From the NCBI GenBank assembly GCA_963847625.1, contig CAWKAR010000024.1, forward strand, positions 32,001 through 96,000: a stretch of 64,000 nt of DNA, given 5' to 3'. The stretch's first letter is position 1. Each line of letters begins with the position of its first letter. The notes under the pieces are model-generated. The model searched no databases and was not told the DNA's origin. It saw only the letters and a program-made list of their open reading frames with translations. This document shows positions 48,402 through 58,520 of the stretch, piece after piece. The position numbers and the translations under genes were made by a program. Source of the stretch: a candidate division FCPU426 bacterium (GTDB taxonomy: Bacteria; Oederibacteriota; Muellerivitia; Muellerivitales; Muellerivitaceae).

Positions 48402-48794
48402 ATGCGCAAGATTTTATTCGCCGTTTTGGTGTTACTCCCGTGGTTGTCGATGGCTTGCATGGATTCCCACGAGAACATGAGCCCGGTCAAATGCTTCGAG
48501 ACGGCCTACCAATTGGGCATCGAGGGGAAATATGACCAAACCGCCCCTTATTTCACCGACGCGATCCTGGATTATATGAAGAAGAACCCGGACATGACCC
48601 TCCAGAAGATCTGGGATGCCAAGTTGAACGGCGGTACCGTCAAGCTCGCCAAAGTCATCGAGAAGCAAGCCGACGATAAGAATTGCGACGTCAAATTCAT
48701 GATCAACGGTCCCGACGGCATGACGGATGCCGAGGACACCCTGGTCTTTGAGCGGGGTTCGTGGAAGTTCGATAAGATGACAAGAGTGAGGTAA
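48402..48794 (+). CDS. Small lipoprotein/secreted protein (NTF2-like)
   Basis: AGGAGG RBS, signal ending SMAC, C-terminal FERGSWK. Confidence 0.7.
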   Translation: MRKILFAVLVLLPWLSMACMDSHENMSPVKCFETAYQLGIEGKYDQTAPYFTDAILDYMKKNPDMTLQKIWDAKLNGGTVKLAKVIEKQADDKNCDVKFMINGPDGMTDAEDTLVFERGSWKFDKMTRVR

Positions 48795-48858
48795 AGCCGG
48801 CCGCATTTCACCGTCTCGGTAAAAAACCGAAAACTTTTGGAGGATTCAAGGAGGGTTC

Positions 48859-49335
48859 ATGGGCCATTTATGGATTCCCGACATACCCATTTGGGAAAAA
48901 ATATTTCGTTCCTTCGTCGTGTACCTGTTTATTCTTCTGGCCTTCCGCTTTACCGGTAAAAGACAAGTGGGGCAGTTGACGCCTTTTGACCTCGTGGTGC
49001 TTTTAATCATCTCCAACGTGGTACAGAACGCGGTCATCGGCAACGACAACTCCTTGGGCGGGGGACTGATCGGGGCAGTGGCCATCCTGATCTTGAATTT
49101 CTTCGTCGTGGAGGTTTCCTACCGTTTCAAACCCGCGCGGCGCTTTTTGGAGGGGGGCCCCACCCTGCTGGTTCATAACGGGAAAATCCTCTATCAACGT
49201 TTGGAGAAGGAGCGGATCACCCTGGAAGACCTCCAGGGGGCTTTACGGCGAAGCGGGGTGGGAGAGGTTGAAAAAGTGCGCTTCGCGGTGCTGGAGGAAA
49301 ACGGGCAAATCAGCGTTATTCCCAAGGATAAATAA
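48859..49335 (+). CDS. DUF421/YetF membrane protein
   Basis: GKRQVGQLTPFD, AVLEENGQISVI. Confidence 0.9.
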   Translation: MGHLWIPDIPIWEKIFRSFVVYLFILLAFRFTGKRQVGQLTPFDLVVLLIISNVVQNAVIGNDNSLGGGLIGAVAILILNFFVVEVSYRFKPARRFLEGGPTLLVHNGKILYQRLEKERITLEDLQGALRRSGVGEVEKVRFAVLEENGQISVIPKDK

Positions 49336-49541
49336 GCAAATCGGGAAGCTGTAAAAAATCCGGGAAACGGATTTTTATACTGCCTAAATGATGGCATTGA
49401 CCGCCGGTACTTGGAGTTATACTATCGATATTTGCTGAGTACCTTTTTGCTCCGGATATCGAACATGGCAAAATATCTTTTACCCTTAAAAAATAAAGGA
49501 TTTCGACCTTTCCCATTTTCTGTTCCCGGAAAGGCCGGCCG

Positions 49542-51074
49542 ATGAAGCCCCAAAAACCCCGAAAAAATATCAAGCTTCCCAACCGGAAATCCGCTTCCAC
49601 GCGAACCTCAAAGGAATCCCTCAAGCTTTCGGAAGAGAAGTTTCGAAGCCTGATCGAGAATTCAAAGGACATGATCGCAATCGTGGACACAAGGGGTGTG
49701 GGTTATTTCGTGACGCCTTTAGCCCCCCAGGTCCTGGGGTATGAAATCGGGGAAAGGAACGGCAAAAGTTTCCTGGAATTGGTCCATCCTGAGGACTTGG
49801 CCCGCATCCGCGGGTTGTTCAGGAAATTGACCCGGAGAAAGGGCGCCACTGTTTCCGCCGAACTGAGGATCAGGCACAAGGACGGATCCTGGAGGTTTAT
49901 TGAGAGCCAAGGGACCAATTACCTGGACCATCCTTCTATACAGGGCATCGTCTTGAATTTCCGGGACGTAACGGAAAAAAGAAAATCCGAGGAAATGATC
50001 CTGCATCAGCAGCGATATTTCCAGGCCTTGATTGAGAATTCAAACGATGTGATCGGCTTGGTCGACCCCTCCGGACGGTCCGCTTACATCAGTCCCTCCT
50101 ACGAGAAAATCCTGGGGTACCGCATCCAGGATCGACTAGGCCGGTCCTTTTTCGAGATCATCCACCCCGAAGACCTGCCCGGCATCCGTCAATCCTACGG
50201 GGAACTGGCACGCACCCCAGGAGCCACCTTCACCGGCCGGTTGCGCCTCAAAAACTGTAAGGGTGAATGGCGCTATTTCGAAGCCTCCGCCACCAACCAC
50301 ATGGAAAACCCCCTGGTGAGGGGGATCATCCTCAATTTCCGGGACGTCACCGAAAAGAGGGAGGCCGAGAACGCTCTCCTGAAGTACGAACGCCTGGGAG
50401 CCATCGGGGAAATGGCGGCCGGCTTGGCGCATGAGATCCGCAACCCCCTCTCGGGGATATCCCTTTCCGCCCAATACCTGATGAAGAAGTTCCAAGAAGT
50501 ACCCGAAGCAACGGAACAGCTCCGGAACATCCTGGATCAAACCGAGAGGCTCAAAGAATTGGTGAACGGCACCCTGGATTTTACCCGGGATAAATCCACG
50601 GAGGAAAAGCGCCGCCTGGACGCCATGGATCTTTTCAGCACCTCCCTGCGCCTGGCGCAGGTTCAATTCGGCCCCAGCCACGCCGGATTCAAAATCCATT
50701 GGGAATTCGTCCGGGGAAAGTTTTTCCTAAATATCAACCCGTACCGGGTCCAGCAGATCCTGGTAAACCTCATCTTGAACGCTTTCCAGGCCATGGGCAA
50801 AGACGGTTCTCTGGTGCTGGGATGCGAAAAGGAAGGGGATTGGATCAAATTCAAGGTGAAAGATGACGGTTCCGGCATCCCCGAAGACGCGATGGCGCGG
50901 ATCTTCGAGCCCTTTTTTTCCACCAAGAAAAGGGGATCGGGCTTGGGCCTTTCGGTGTGCCAGAAAGTGGCTCATGGCTACGGAGGCGAGATTGAAGTGG
51001 AGAGGGTTTCACCCCGCGGCATGTTGTTTGTATTGAAGCTTCCGTTGAAAGAGGAGGGCCCTGTCCCTGTTTAG
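49542..51074 (+). CDS. Two-PAS sensor histidine kinase
   Basis: Two VHPED/IHPED PAS folds, AHEIRNPL, NLILNA, DDGSG, GSGLGL. Confidence 0.95.
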   Translation: MKPQKPRKNIKLPNRKSASTRTSKESLKLSEEKFRSLIENSKDMIAIVDTRGVGYFVTPLAPQVLGYEIGERNGKSFLELVHPEDLARIRGLFRKLTRRKGATVSAELRIRHKDGSWRFIESQGTNYLDHPSIQGIVLNFRDVTEKRKSEEMILHQQRYFQALIENSNDVIGLVDPSGRSAYISPSYEKILGYRIQDRLGRSFFEIIHPEDLPGIRQSYGELARTPGATFTGRLRLKNCKGEWRYFEASATNHMENPLVRGIILNFRDVTEKREAENALLKYERLGAIGEMAAGLAHEIRNPLSGISLSAQYLMKKFQEVPEATEQLRNILDQTERLKELVNGTLDFTRDKSTEEKRRLDAMDLFSTSLRLAQVQFGPSHAGFKIHWEFVRGKFFLNINPYRVQQILVNLILNAFQAMGKDGSLVLGCEKEGDWIKFKVKDDGSGIPEDAMARIFEPFFSTKKRGSGLGLSVCQKVAHGYGGEIEVERVSPRGMLFVLKLPLKEEGPVPV

Positions 51075-51197
51075 CCCTTGATCGTTCCGAGGATCTTCGG
51101 AAAATTTGATGCGGCTAATTCAAAGCCCGCCATAAACCGCTTTAATGGATCAAAATCCAGTGTTTTCCGCGCGCATAGCTTGATTTAAAATACATCA

Positions 51198-52844
51198 ATG
51201 CAATTCACCCGAAAATGGATCTCTTTTCTTTGGCTTTTTACTTTCCTTCTCGTTTTTTCTGCGCAAGTCATTCCGAGAATTATGAATGAGTCTCCAACGA
51301 ATGATGAACCTCTTGATCTTACTGGGGGTTATTTTTATTGGAAAGGCGATGTCGTTTCATGTAAATTCCATCCCCCTTTTTCCAAAATGCTCCAGTGCCT
51401 TCCTTTAAGGTTTCTGCCAGTAAAAGATGACTCGGGACCAGGGCCGCCCCCTTTCGAATTCCAATCTTACCGGTTTGTCTTTCTTTTAAACCATGATCGT
51501 TTTGAGTGGATGACCCGGGTGGGCCGGCTGGTGACCTTGTGTTTTGGCCTCGCCATCGGGGGTGTTTTGTTTTTCCTCACCCGGAGGGAGACGGCCATTA
51601 TCCGTTTCACCGTCATGACTTTATGGGTTTTCGAACCAACCTTACTCGCTTTTTCAGGGCTAGTCATGGAGGAGATACCGGCAACTTTTTTATTTTTAAT
51701 CTCGGTCTTGGCTTTCAAAAAATGCCTGGAAAACGATGGTTTCTTTTGGCGCTCCTCGGTTGGAATAACTTCTGCTTTTGCCGTTTGCTCCAAGTTCTCA
51801 GCCCTCATCCTGGTTCCCGTATTTGTCTTGTTGGAGGCGCTAGATTATATCCGGCTGAAAAAATCCAATAATCTCCCGAAAATTTATGGCTGGAAAACCG
51901 CTAAAGATTGGTTTTGGGGCGCATTTGTTTTTTTTACCGTCATATTCCTCCTTTATCTGCCAGGAACCTTTCACGAACCGGACCATCTCTTTCCATTGGC
52001 CTACTTTTTTGACGCGTTAAAAACCATTTTTCAATATTCTCATTTTCAACATCCCACTTATTTCCTTGGGCAGGCCTCCCGGGAAAGCCACTGGCTTTAT
52101 TTCCCGGTGGCTTTCCTGCTCAAAAGCACAATCCCCTTCCTGGTCCTGGTCTTTTTAGCCATTGGAATGGGTTTGAAAAAGAAGCTCCATCTTCCCCCCT
52201 GGATGTGGGTGCCTCCTATTCTTTTTTTCCTTTCGATCATTCCCGGCCTAAATACAGGCGTTCGTTACCTATTGCCGGCTTATCCATTTTTAATCCTGAT
52301 GGCTTCCCGTATGGCGGGCCAACTTTGGACCGGCTGGAATTCCGTCTGGGGCCGCAGCGGAAAATTAGCGCTTGGGGGATTGCTTCTTTGGCATGCCACG
52401 AGTGTGCTGGCGAACGCGCCGAATATGATCAGCTATTACAACGATTTGATCCCACAAGAAAAAAAGATTTATTACTTAGGCGATTCCAACTTGGATTTTG
52501 GCCAGGACGTTAAGCGATTGGCGCAAGTGGGCCAGGAGAGGGGTTGGAAAAATGTGAAATTGGCCCAGTTTGACGGCATGTCCGATCCATCTCTTTACGG
52601 GCTGTCCTGGTCACCTTGGACCGAACGGGACTTGTTGAAACCGCAACCGGGTTTTGTCTATGCCATCAATTTGAACCTCATCCAATTAGGCCCAGTTTTT
52701 TTTCCGGATTTTTATCCCATCGCGAAAAGCTGGGTTTTAAATATTCCTCCAACGGGCAGGGTCGGGGATACTTGGCTTTATTTTGAAATACCTGGGAAAC
52801 CGGAACCGGATTCTTCTCCGCCCTTACACAGTGTCCGTCTTTGA
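51198..52844 (+). CDS. GT-C fold (PMT/ArnT-like) glycosyltransferase
   Basis: SPTNDEP, HPPFSK, GVRYLLP, DSNLDFGQD; multi-TM. Confidence 0.8.
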   Translation: MQFTRKWISFLWLFTFLLVFSAQVIPRIMNESPTNDEPLDLTGGYFYWKGDVVSCKFHPPFSKMLQCLPLRFLPVKDDSGPGPPPFEFQSYRFVFLLNHDRFEWMTRVGRLVTLCFGLAIGGVLFFLTRRETAIIRFTVMTLWVFEPTLLAFSGLVMEEIPATFLFLISVLAFKKCLENDGFFWRSSVGITSAFAVCSKFSALILVPVFVLLEALDYIRLKKSNNLPKIYGWKTAKDWFWGAFVFFTVIFLLYLPGTFHEPDHLFPLAYFFDALKTIFQYSHFQHPTYFLGQASRESHWLYFPVAFLLKSTIPFLVLVFLAIGMGLKKKLHLPPWMWVPPILFFLSIIPGLNTGVRYLLPAYPFLILMASRMAGQLWTGWNSVWGRSGKLALGGLLLWHATSVLANAPNMISYYNDLIPQEKKIYYLGDSNLDFGQDVKRLAQVGQERGWKNVKLAQFDGMSDPSLYGLSWSPWTERDLLKPQPGFVYAINLNLIQLGPVFFPDFYPIAKSWVLNIPPTGRVGDTWLYFEIPGKPEPDSSPPLHSVRL

Positions 52845-52965
52845 AGACGGAGCCGGGGAAATGGGAATAGGGCCCCCGGGACCAATCGGGTTTCATGGCT
52901 CAGGGAACCATGAACTATCGTATGAGTTGTTTTTTCCGGGACTAATTTGGGCGGTTTTTTCCGAA

Positions 52966-53775
52966 TCAATTGTCAACGGAGGCATTTCCGCCATTGGCCC
53001 GGCGAGGAGCGGTGCGGCGCGGGTGGGTTTTGGTGGCCTGGGCTAGGCTTACCGGCGGGGCCTTCAACAATTCCTCCACGATGGGCAAGACGACTTGGTT
53101 GGGTTTCAGCATTTGTTTGCGTAAATTTGAAAAAGTGGTTTGGGGCCAACCCTGTTGGAACCAATTGACCAGCCACTTGGGCACACCCCCCTTGGGATCG
53201 CAGTGGATCTCCGCTTCCACATAGGTCTCGTCCGAAAAAGTCATGGGAACCAGCTTGTAAACGCAAGTCATCACCCCTCTCACGTATTTTTTCAAGGGCG
53301 GCGCCAGGGAGTCTTCCGCCGGGAGGAACTTCACCACCATCCGGCGCGTCCTGGGATCCGATTCGATGGTGACATGGGAGACGAAATCCCGGTTGGCCAT
53401 GATGAAGGGGGTTCCCACGTGGTCGTACTCGATGAACTCGGTTGGCGATAGGGGCCGCACGACGCGGGATTCCAGGAGGCTATCGACCCACTCGGTTCCC
53501 CGGTTGGTGTCGATCATGACCGAGGCCACCTTTTCGATGGGCGCATCCACGATCCCGTCGCCCTTGAAGGCGATGATGGGGCTATGTTCCACCTTGCTCC
53601 AGTAGAGATTGATGCCGTTCGTGGTGCAGGATTTCTTCCAGTGAAAAGCCGATTCGGGAATCGCGCCGACATCCAGCGGGCCGGAGACGGCCGAACTGCC
53701 GGTATCCCCCTCTCCCGGGAAAGCCATCGCCGGGAGCCAGATTAAAGCCGGTAATATTAATTTGGAAAATTTCAC
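52966..53775 (-). CDS. START-domain lipid-binding protein
   Basis: PFIMANRDFV, HCDPKGGVPKWLVN; signal peptide. Confidence 0.85.
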   Translation of the reverse strand: MKFSKLILPALIWLPAMAFPGEGDTGSSAVSGPLDVGAIPESAFHWKKSCTTNGINLYWSKVEHSPIIAFKGDGIVDAPIEKVASVMIDTNRGTEWVDSLLESRVVRPLSPTEFIEYDHVGTPFIMANRDFVSHVTIESDPRTRRMVVKFLPAEDSLAPPLKKYVRGVMTCVYKLVPMTFSDETYVEAEIHCDPKGGVPKWLVNWFQQGWPQTTFSNLRKQMLKPNQVVLPIVEELLKAPPVSLAQATKTHPRRTAPRRANGGNASVDN

Positions 53776-53900
53776 TTCATCCTCGCTTGGGAAAATAGGT
53801 GGGCATGATAACCGGATTTTTCCCCAATTTCACCAGTCGTTTGTGGCGCCAGGTATGGCCCGCGTCCGAGGGAAGCCCGGCGAGGAGCGATTTGGATCAG

Positions 53901-55997
53901 CTATTTCAACGCTTTAAGCACATCCTTGGCCGGTGTCAGGTCCAATGGCGCCCGAGAGGCCCACTCAAACGCCTTTTTGGCTTCCGATACGTTTCCCACC
54001 GTCAGCCATAATTGGCCCCATTTATAGAAAAGGTCAGCCGTCGGATAACCCTTCAGGGCCGCTTGTTGGTAAGCCTGAAGGTGGGCTTTCAAGTCCGACT
54101 TCCCGTAATCATAAGCGGCGGTCTTATCCCAATAAACCGATTCCAGGAAACGGTCCCCTTCAATGGAAGGAGCGGCACCCCGGAGGATTTCCAGGAGCGA
54201 GTCAAAATTTTCGGTGTCCTGAAGGTATCTTTCCAAGTCGGCCCGTTGGAAGGCGTCATGCGCCGATAACCAACGCTGGAAAGTCCCGCGATTAGCGTCC
54301 GTGACCGGAATAATCCCCAGCAGGTAACCACCGTCAGGGGACTTGAGCCCCCGGCCCACCCATTCCCACCGGCCTTCGGGAAACCGGCCGTGAAGAAAGG
54401 GAAGAAAATGAACATTCACGAAAACCGCGGCCCAACTCGCCCGAGAGGGGTCCAGGCTTCGATTCCGCGCCGCGTTGAAAGGATAAACCGCCGCCGAAAG
54501 GGTGTGGTCGTTGAAGGAGTTTGGGTCGAAATCGGTGAAGACCAGGCCCGGGCCCTTTTCCCGGCTTTCGGAAGCCAGAAGTTGGTAGGCCTCGAGCCTT
54601 TCCGCGGATTTCACGGGGCGGCCGAAGTCTTCGGGGTGTTGACGGTAATCCACCAGGGGTTGAATCAAGTTATAAAGGTCGACCGAGGTCGAGATAACCA
54701 GTATTAAAAAGAGAGTTCCCCAACGTTTCGAGGGGGGAAGGGGCGCCAGCGCGGAAAGCAAACCGCAGGCCGTCACGAAAAGTAAAAGAGGGAGGACCTG
54801 GACGATCCGGAACGCCTCCACGTTCATGGAAAGCAGGCCGGGAAGCATCAGGACGGGGATGGAACCCAAAACCCATTTCACCCAGGGCCGGGTCCGGAGG
54901 GAGACCAGTTCCAACAACCCCAGCCAAAAGAATGCGCCTAGGAGGGGGTTAAGAAAGCCCCATCGCACCGGCGTATAGGCGGCTTCCGCATCAAAGGAAC
55001 CCCAGAAGAGGCAGGTGAAATAATGCCAAAGGGTGGCTCCTTGGTGTTTCCAAGGAAACCAGCCGCTCCAGGCCGCGACGGAGGAAATATGCCCGCCGAA
55101 ACCCTGGGAAAGAACGCCCAGGAGAAAAGGGGAAAACCCCGCAATCAACCCGGTTAAAAACCAAAAGAAACTTCGGGGACGGTCCGTTTTTTTCCCCTTG
55201 GGGAGGAACCAAAAGACCGCCGACAGGAGCAGGCACACCATCAACCAGGGGGTGAAACTCACCGAGCCCAACCCGGCGCAGAGGCCGAAAAGGAAAGCGT
55301 TCATTCTTACCGATTTTGGTTTTTTGGAATGCAGGAAGGCCCCGAGGATCAGAAGGCAAAGGAACTCAAAGAGGGGAATGGAAATCCCCTGGTGGCAGAT
55401 CCTCCCGATCAAGAGGGGCCAAAAGGAAAATCCCAGCAGGCAGGAGAAAATAAAAGCGAGGGATTTGGGGAGGAAATGTTTGGCCGCCCAATATCCCGAA
55501 AGGAGAGTCAAAACCGATACCAAAGCCGCCGGAAGCCAGAGGCCCAGGAACGGGTTGGAGCCGAGCCTGAATAGGGAAGCCGTCAACCAGACGGTCAAGG
55601 GAGGGCTTTGGCCGAAGGTGAAAAAGAATTTCCAGCGCCAATGGCGGCTCAACTCCAGCGCCAGGGTGGTGATCCAGCCCTCGTCGAGGTTGGGCCAGCC
55701 TGGAAGGGTTTGGAGACCGATGAAGCGTAGCGCCAAGGCAACCGCGAACACCAACAAGAATATCCAGGATGGGACAGGCCTCCAGGAATCCACAGTGGCA
55801 AAAGGTCCCGCGCCCTTCGCGGACGGGGTTTTCCAAACCACCCAAAGCGGGATGCCCACCCCGAACAAGGCCAGGATAAACTGGGAAGATGCGCTCAATG
55901 TGAGGCAGGAGAGGGCGAGATTCAGTGATAAAAAAAAGACGAGATATAGGATTCTGTTGTTTTGATAGCCGGGGGAAAGCGGATGTGGCTTCAACAT
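53901..55997 (-). CDS. GT-C fold (PMT/ArnT-like) membrane protein with C-terminal TPR
   Basis: LALRF..LPGWPNLDEG, multi-TM, TPR-like tail. Confidence 0.7.
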   Translation of the reverse strand: MLKPHPLSPGYQNNRILYLVFFLSLNLALSCLTLSASSQFILALFGVGIPLWVVWKTPSAKGAGPFATVDSWRPVPSWIFLLVFAVALALRFIGLQTLPGWPNLDEGWITTLALELSRHWRWKFFFTFGQSPPLTVWLTASLFRLGSNPFLGLWLPAALVSVLTLLSGYWAAKHFLPKSLAFIFSCLLGFSFWPLLIGRICHQGISIPLFEFLCLLILGAFLHSKKPKSVRMNAFLFGLCAGLGSVSFTPWLMVCLLLSAVFWFLPKGKKTDRPRSFFWFLTGLIAGFSPFLLGVLSQGFGGHISSVAAWSGWFPWKHQGATLWHYFTCLFWGSFDAEAAYTPVRWGFLNPLLGAFFWLGLLELVSLRTRPWVKWVLGSIPVLMLPGLLSMNVEAFRIVQVLPLLLFVTACGLLSALAPLPPSKRWGTLFLILVISTSVDLYNLIQPLVDYRQHPEDFGRPVKSAERLEAYQLLASESREKGPGLVFTDFDPNSFNDHTLSAAVYPFNAARNRSLDPSRASWAAVFVNVHFLPFLHGRFPEGRWEWVGRGLKSPDGGYLLGIIPVTDANRGTFQRWLSAHDAFQRADLERYLQDTENFDSLLEILRGAAPSIEGDRFLESVYWDKTAAYDYGKSDLKAHLQAYQQAALKGYPTADLFYKWGQLWLTVGNVSEAKKAFEWASRAPLDLTPAKDVLKALK

Positions 55998-56034
55998 CCG
56001 CGCGACTCGTGGAAATATCCGGGATCCGAAGCCA

Positions 56035-57708
56035 TTAAAGGTAACTGACGGATCTTTTGGGGGACTCGGGTTCGGCCTTCTTGGTTTTCCGGCGGCGCGA
56101 GGTTTTGGCGTCTGATTTCTGTTTATAGTGGAGGATCAATAGGATGCCGGCCACCAGCAGGTACATGATGCCGAACTCCGGGGCGGCCGTGAAACCAAAT
56201 TTGTTCTGGAGGCCCGTTTCAGTCAGGCGGTAGGCGTGGATCAACCCCAGGAAAGACAGGACCGAAGCCGCGAAGGTCCACTCACTGGCTTTCAGGAATT
56301 TCCTCTCGATCATGTAGACCATGATGGCCGCGAAGATCATGGAGGTTAGAAGGAACCCCTGGCTCAGGAAAATCACCCCCCGGATGTAAAGCAGGCTCCC
56401 GAATTTATCCGCCGCCGCGAAAAGCGAGGACCCCGAGATGGCCAGCGTGGGCTCAATCACCATCTGGAGAACGAAGGCCGCGAAGGCGGGGATCAAGCCG
56501 AAGGCGACTGCCAGGGCATGGGCCTTGGGGATTTCCTGGAAGGCCTGCGCGGTGATGATGATGGCCACCCAAAGCAGGATTCCCAGGATGCATTCCTGCG
56601 GGATCACCTTAAGAAACAGGCTGATGCCGCCGAAAAGGCAAAGCAGGGTGATGATCACCCCGTTCAAGATGGAATAACCGTGCCGGGCGCCCATGGCCTT
56701 CCAACCCGGATGACCGATATAGATGGTGGTGGGAAAGGCGCTGCCTAGGAGGGCCGCCGCCAGGGTGGCCACGCCGTTGGTCATGAGGGAGGACTTCGTT
56801 TGGAAGCGGTCGCCGGCGGCCTCGGCGCTTTCCAGGTTCTGAAGGGACCCGATGACGTTAAAGAGACCCATGGGGAAAATGACCGCGAGGTATTTCCAGC
56901 CCATGGGGCTCAGGAGCAGGGCGAAAAGATCGCCTGGCACGGGCCGTGGCGGGTAGAAGGACCATTGGATCGGGTCGGTGGAGACGTTCAAGGGGATCCC
57001 GATAATGGCGTGGAAAGCCCAGGCCAGGAGGGTGCCCAGCAAGACCGCCAGGAACCCCCCGGGCAGGGAAAAGGGCCACTTGATCCGGGAGGAATAGGAG
57101 AGAAGGATCATCATCATGGGCAGAAGGCCGACCAGGGGGGAGGCAAAGATCTGGAAAATGAAACCCATCGCGATAAAGGTGATGGCGATGCCGGCCAGCG
57201 CGCAAAGCAGGGCCGCTCGGGGGGTGTTGCGCCTCAACCAATCCCCCACGAACGCGCCCGCGAATTCCATCACCCCGCTCAGGAAGCACGCGAGGAGGCC
57301 GGCCTGCCAGGCCAGCCGGGAGTCATGGGTTTCCTGGAAGATGGGGGCCATGACCAGGAAGATGAAGGCGATCAGGCTGGGAGTGTTGATGCCGAAGGGA
57401 AGGGCAGTTACGTCGGGACGGCCGGTGGAGAGGGCCAATCGGCGGGCCTGCCAGGCGTAGAAAAGATTTCCCAGGAGGATGGAAACAGCCGCTCCCGGGA
57501 GAATATGGCTGGTGATGAAATCCCCGGGAAGGCCGCAAAAGGCTTTGCAGAGTCCCATGACCAGCATGAGTTGGAGGAGATTGTCGATGAAGAGGCCGAA
57601 GAAACCGTCCAAGTCCCCCCGGGTGAACCAGGGAAGATACGGGGTTCCCGGTTTAACCCCCGAGCGGGAGAGTGGGGGAGCCGTGGTATTTTCTGGAACG
57701 TTCGGCAT
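56035..57708 (-). CDS. NCS2-family (xanthine/uracil-type) permease
   Basis: GDLDGFFGLFIDN, TALPFGINTP, ESAEAAGD, YIGHPGWKAMG. Confidence 0.88.
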   Translation of the reverse strand: MPNVPENTTAPPLSRSGVKPGTPYLPWFTRGDLDGFFGLFIDNLLQLMLVMGLCKAFCGLPGDFITSHILPGAAVSILLGNLFYAWQARRLALSTGRPDVTALPFGINTPSLIAFIFLVMAPIFQETHDSRLAWQAGLLACFLSGVMEFAGAFVGDWLRRNTPRAALLCALAGIAITFIAMGFIFQIFASPLVGLLPMMMILLSYSSRIKWPFSLPGGFLAVLLGTLLAWAFHAIIGIPLNVSTDPIQWSFYPPRPVPGDLFALLLSPMGWKYLAVIFPMGLFNVIGSLQNLESAEAAGDRFQTKSSLMTNGVATLAAALLGSAFPTTIYIGHPGWKAMGARHGYSILNGVIITLLCLFGGISLFLKVIPQECILGILLWVAIIITAQAFQEIPKAHALAVAFGLIPAFAAFVLQMVIEPTLAISGSSLFAAADKFGSLLYIRGVIFLSQGFLLTSMIFAAIMVYMIERKFLKASEWTFAASVLSFLGLIHAYRLTETGLQNKFGFTAAPEFGIMYLLVAGILLILHYKQKSDAKTSRRRKTKKAEPESPKRSVSYL

Positions 57709-57946
57709 GGAAAGAGACTAAACGCACCGGGGAATCCGGTCAAGAAATTTCAACCCGTTATTTTCAAAGCCCAAACGGCAATCAGAAGGCCAATATTGTT
57801 TCCTGGTAAAGGCGGCCGAACCGGGTGGAGGATTCCACACGAAAGGTTTCCAGGCTATTAAAAAAAGAAAAGGCTTTCCTGTCCTTGATCCGGCCGTTCT
57901 TTTTTTCTGTCAGGTTGTTTTGCATTTTAAAAAAACGCAGGAGGTC

Positions 57947-57983
57947 TTGACACGGGTTCAGATAATCAGTATTACTGATTATC
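57947..57983 (+). promoter_or_regulatory. Sigma70 promoter with overlapping palindromic MarR operator
   Basis: TTGACA (57947) + 17 bp + TATTAC; perfect 11-1-11 palindrome GATAATCAGTA-T-TACTGATTATC at 57961-57983. Confidence 0.8.
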
Positions 57984-58013
57984 CTTAAGCTGATGAAAAG
58001 GATTATCAACTAA

Positions 58014-58520
58014 ATGTCAACTTCCTTGACCAAAGAAAACAAGGCCGAAACCTGCGGGGGAAAGTGCGATTTTTCGGAGACCCTCCTGAGCCAAATGGGT
58101 TTCCTCATGGGGCGGGCCTCCCAGAAACTGCAGGAATTCCAAGCGGGGGTCTTGGGACCCATGGGATTGATCGGCAAACACCTGGGAATCCTCCTGACCC
58201 TCCAGGAAAAGGGCCTCATCAGCCAGCAGGAAATCGGCAAGTGCGTGCAAATCGACCGAACCACCATGGTGGACATGATCGACCATTTGGAAAAACTGGG
58301 TCTGGTGGAGCGCCGGGAACATCCCACCGACCGGCGATCCCACTCGGTGGCCCTGACGGAAAAGGGGAGAAAGACCCTGCAGAAGGCCCGGCAACTGGCC
58401 CAGGGGATCCAAACGAAATTTTTATCAGTGCTGTCCCCCGGGGAGCAGAAGAAACTTCTTCAGCTTCTTAGGAAATTGGTGTTAACCCATTACGCCCGCA
58501 AAACCGCGGGGAAGGGATGA
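58014..58520 (+). CDS. MarR-family regulator
   Basis: IDRTTMVDMIDHLEKLGLVER, DRRSH.VALTEKG. Confidence 0.95.
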   Translation: MSTSLTKENKAETCGGKCDFSETLLSQMGFLMGRASQKLQEFQAGVLGPMGLIGKHLGILLTLQEKGLISQQEIGKCVQIDRTTMVDMIDHLEKLGLVERREHPTDRRSHSVALTEKGRKTLQKARQLAQGIQTKFLSVLSPGEQKKLLQLLRKLVLTHYARKTAGKG

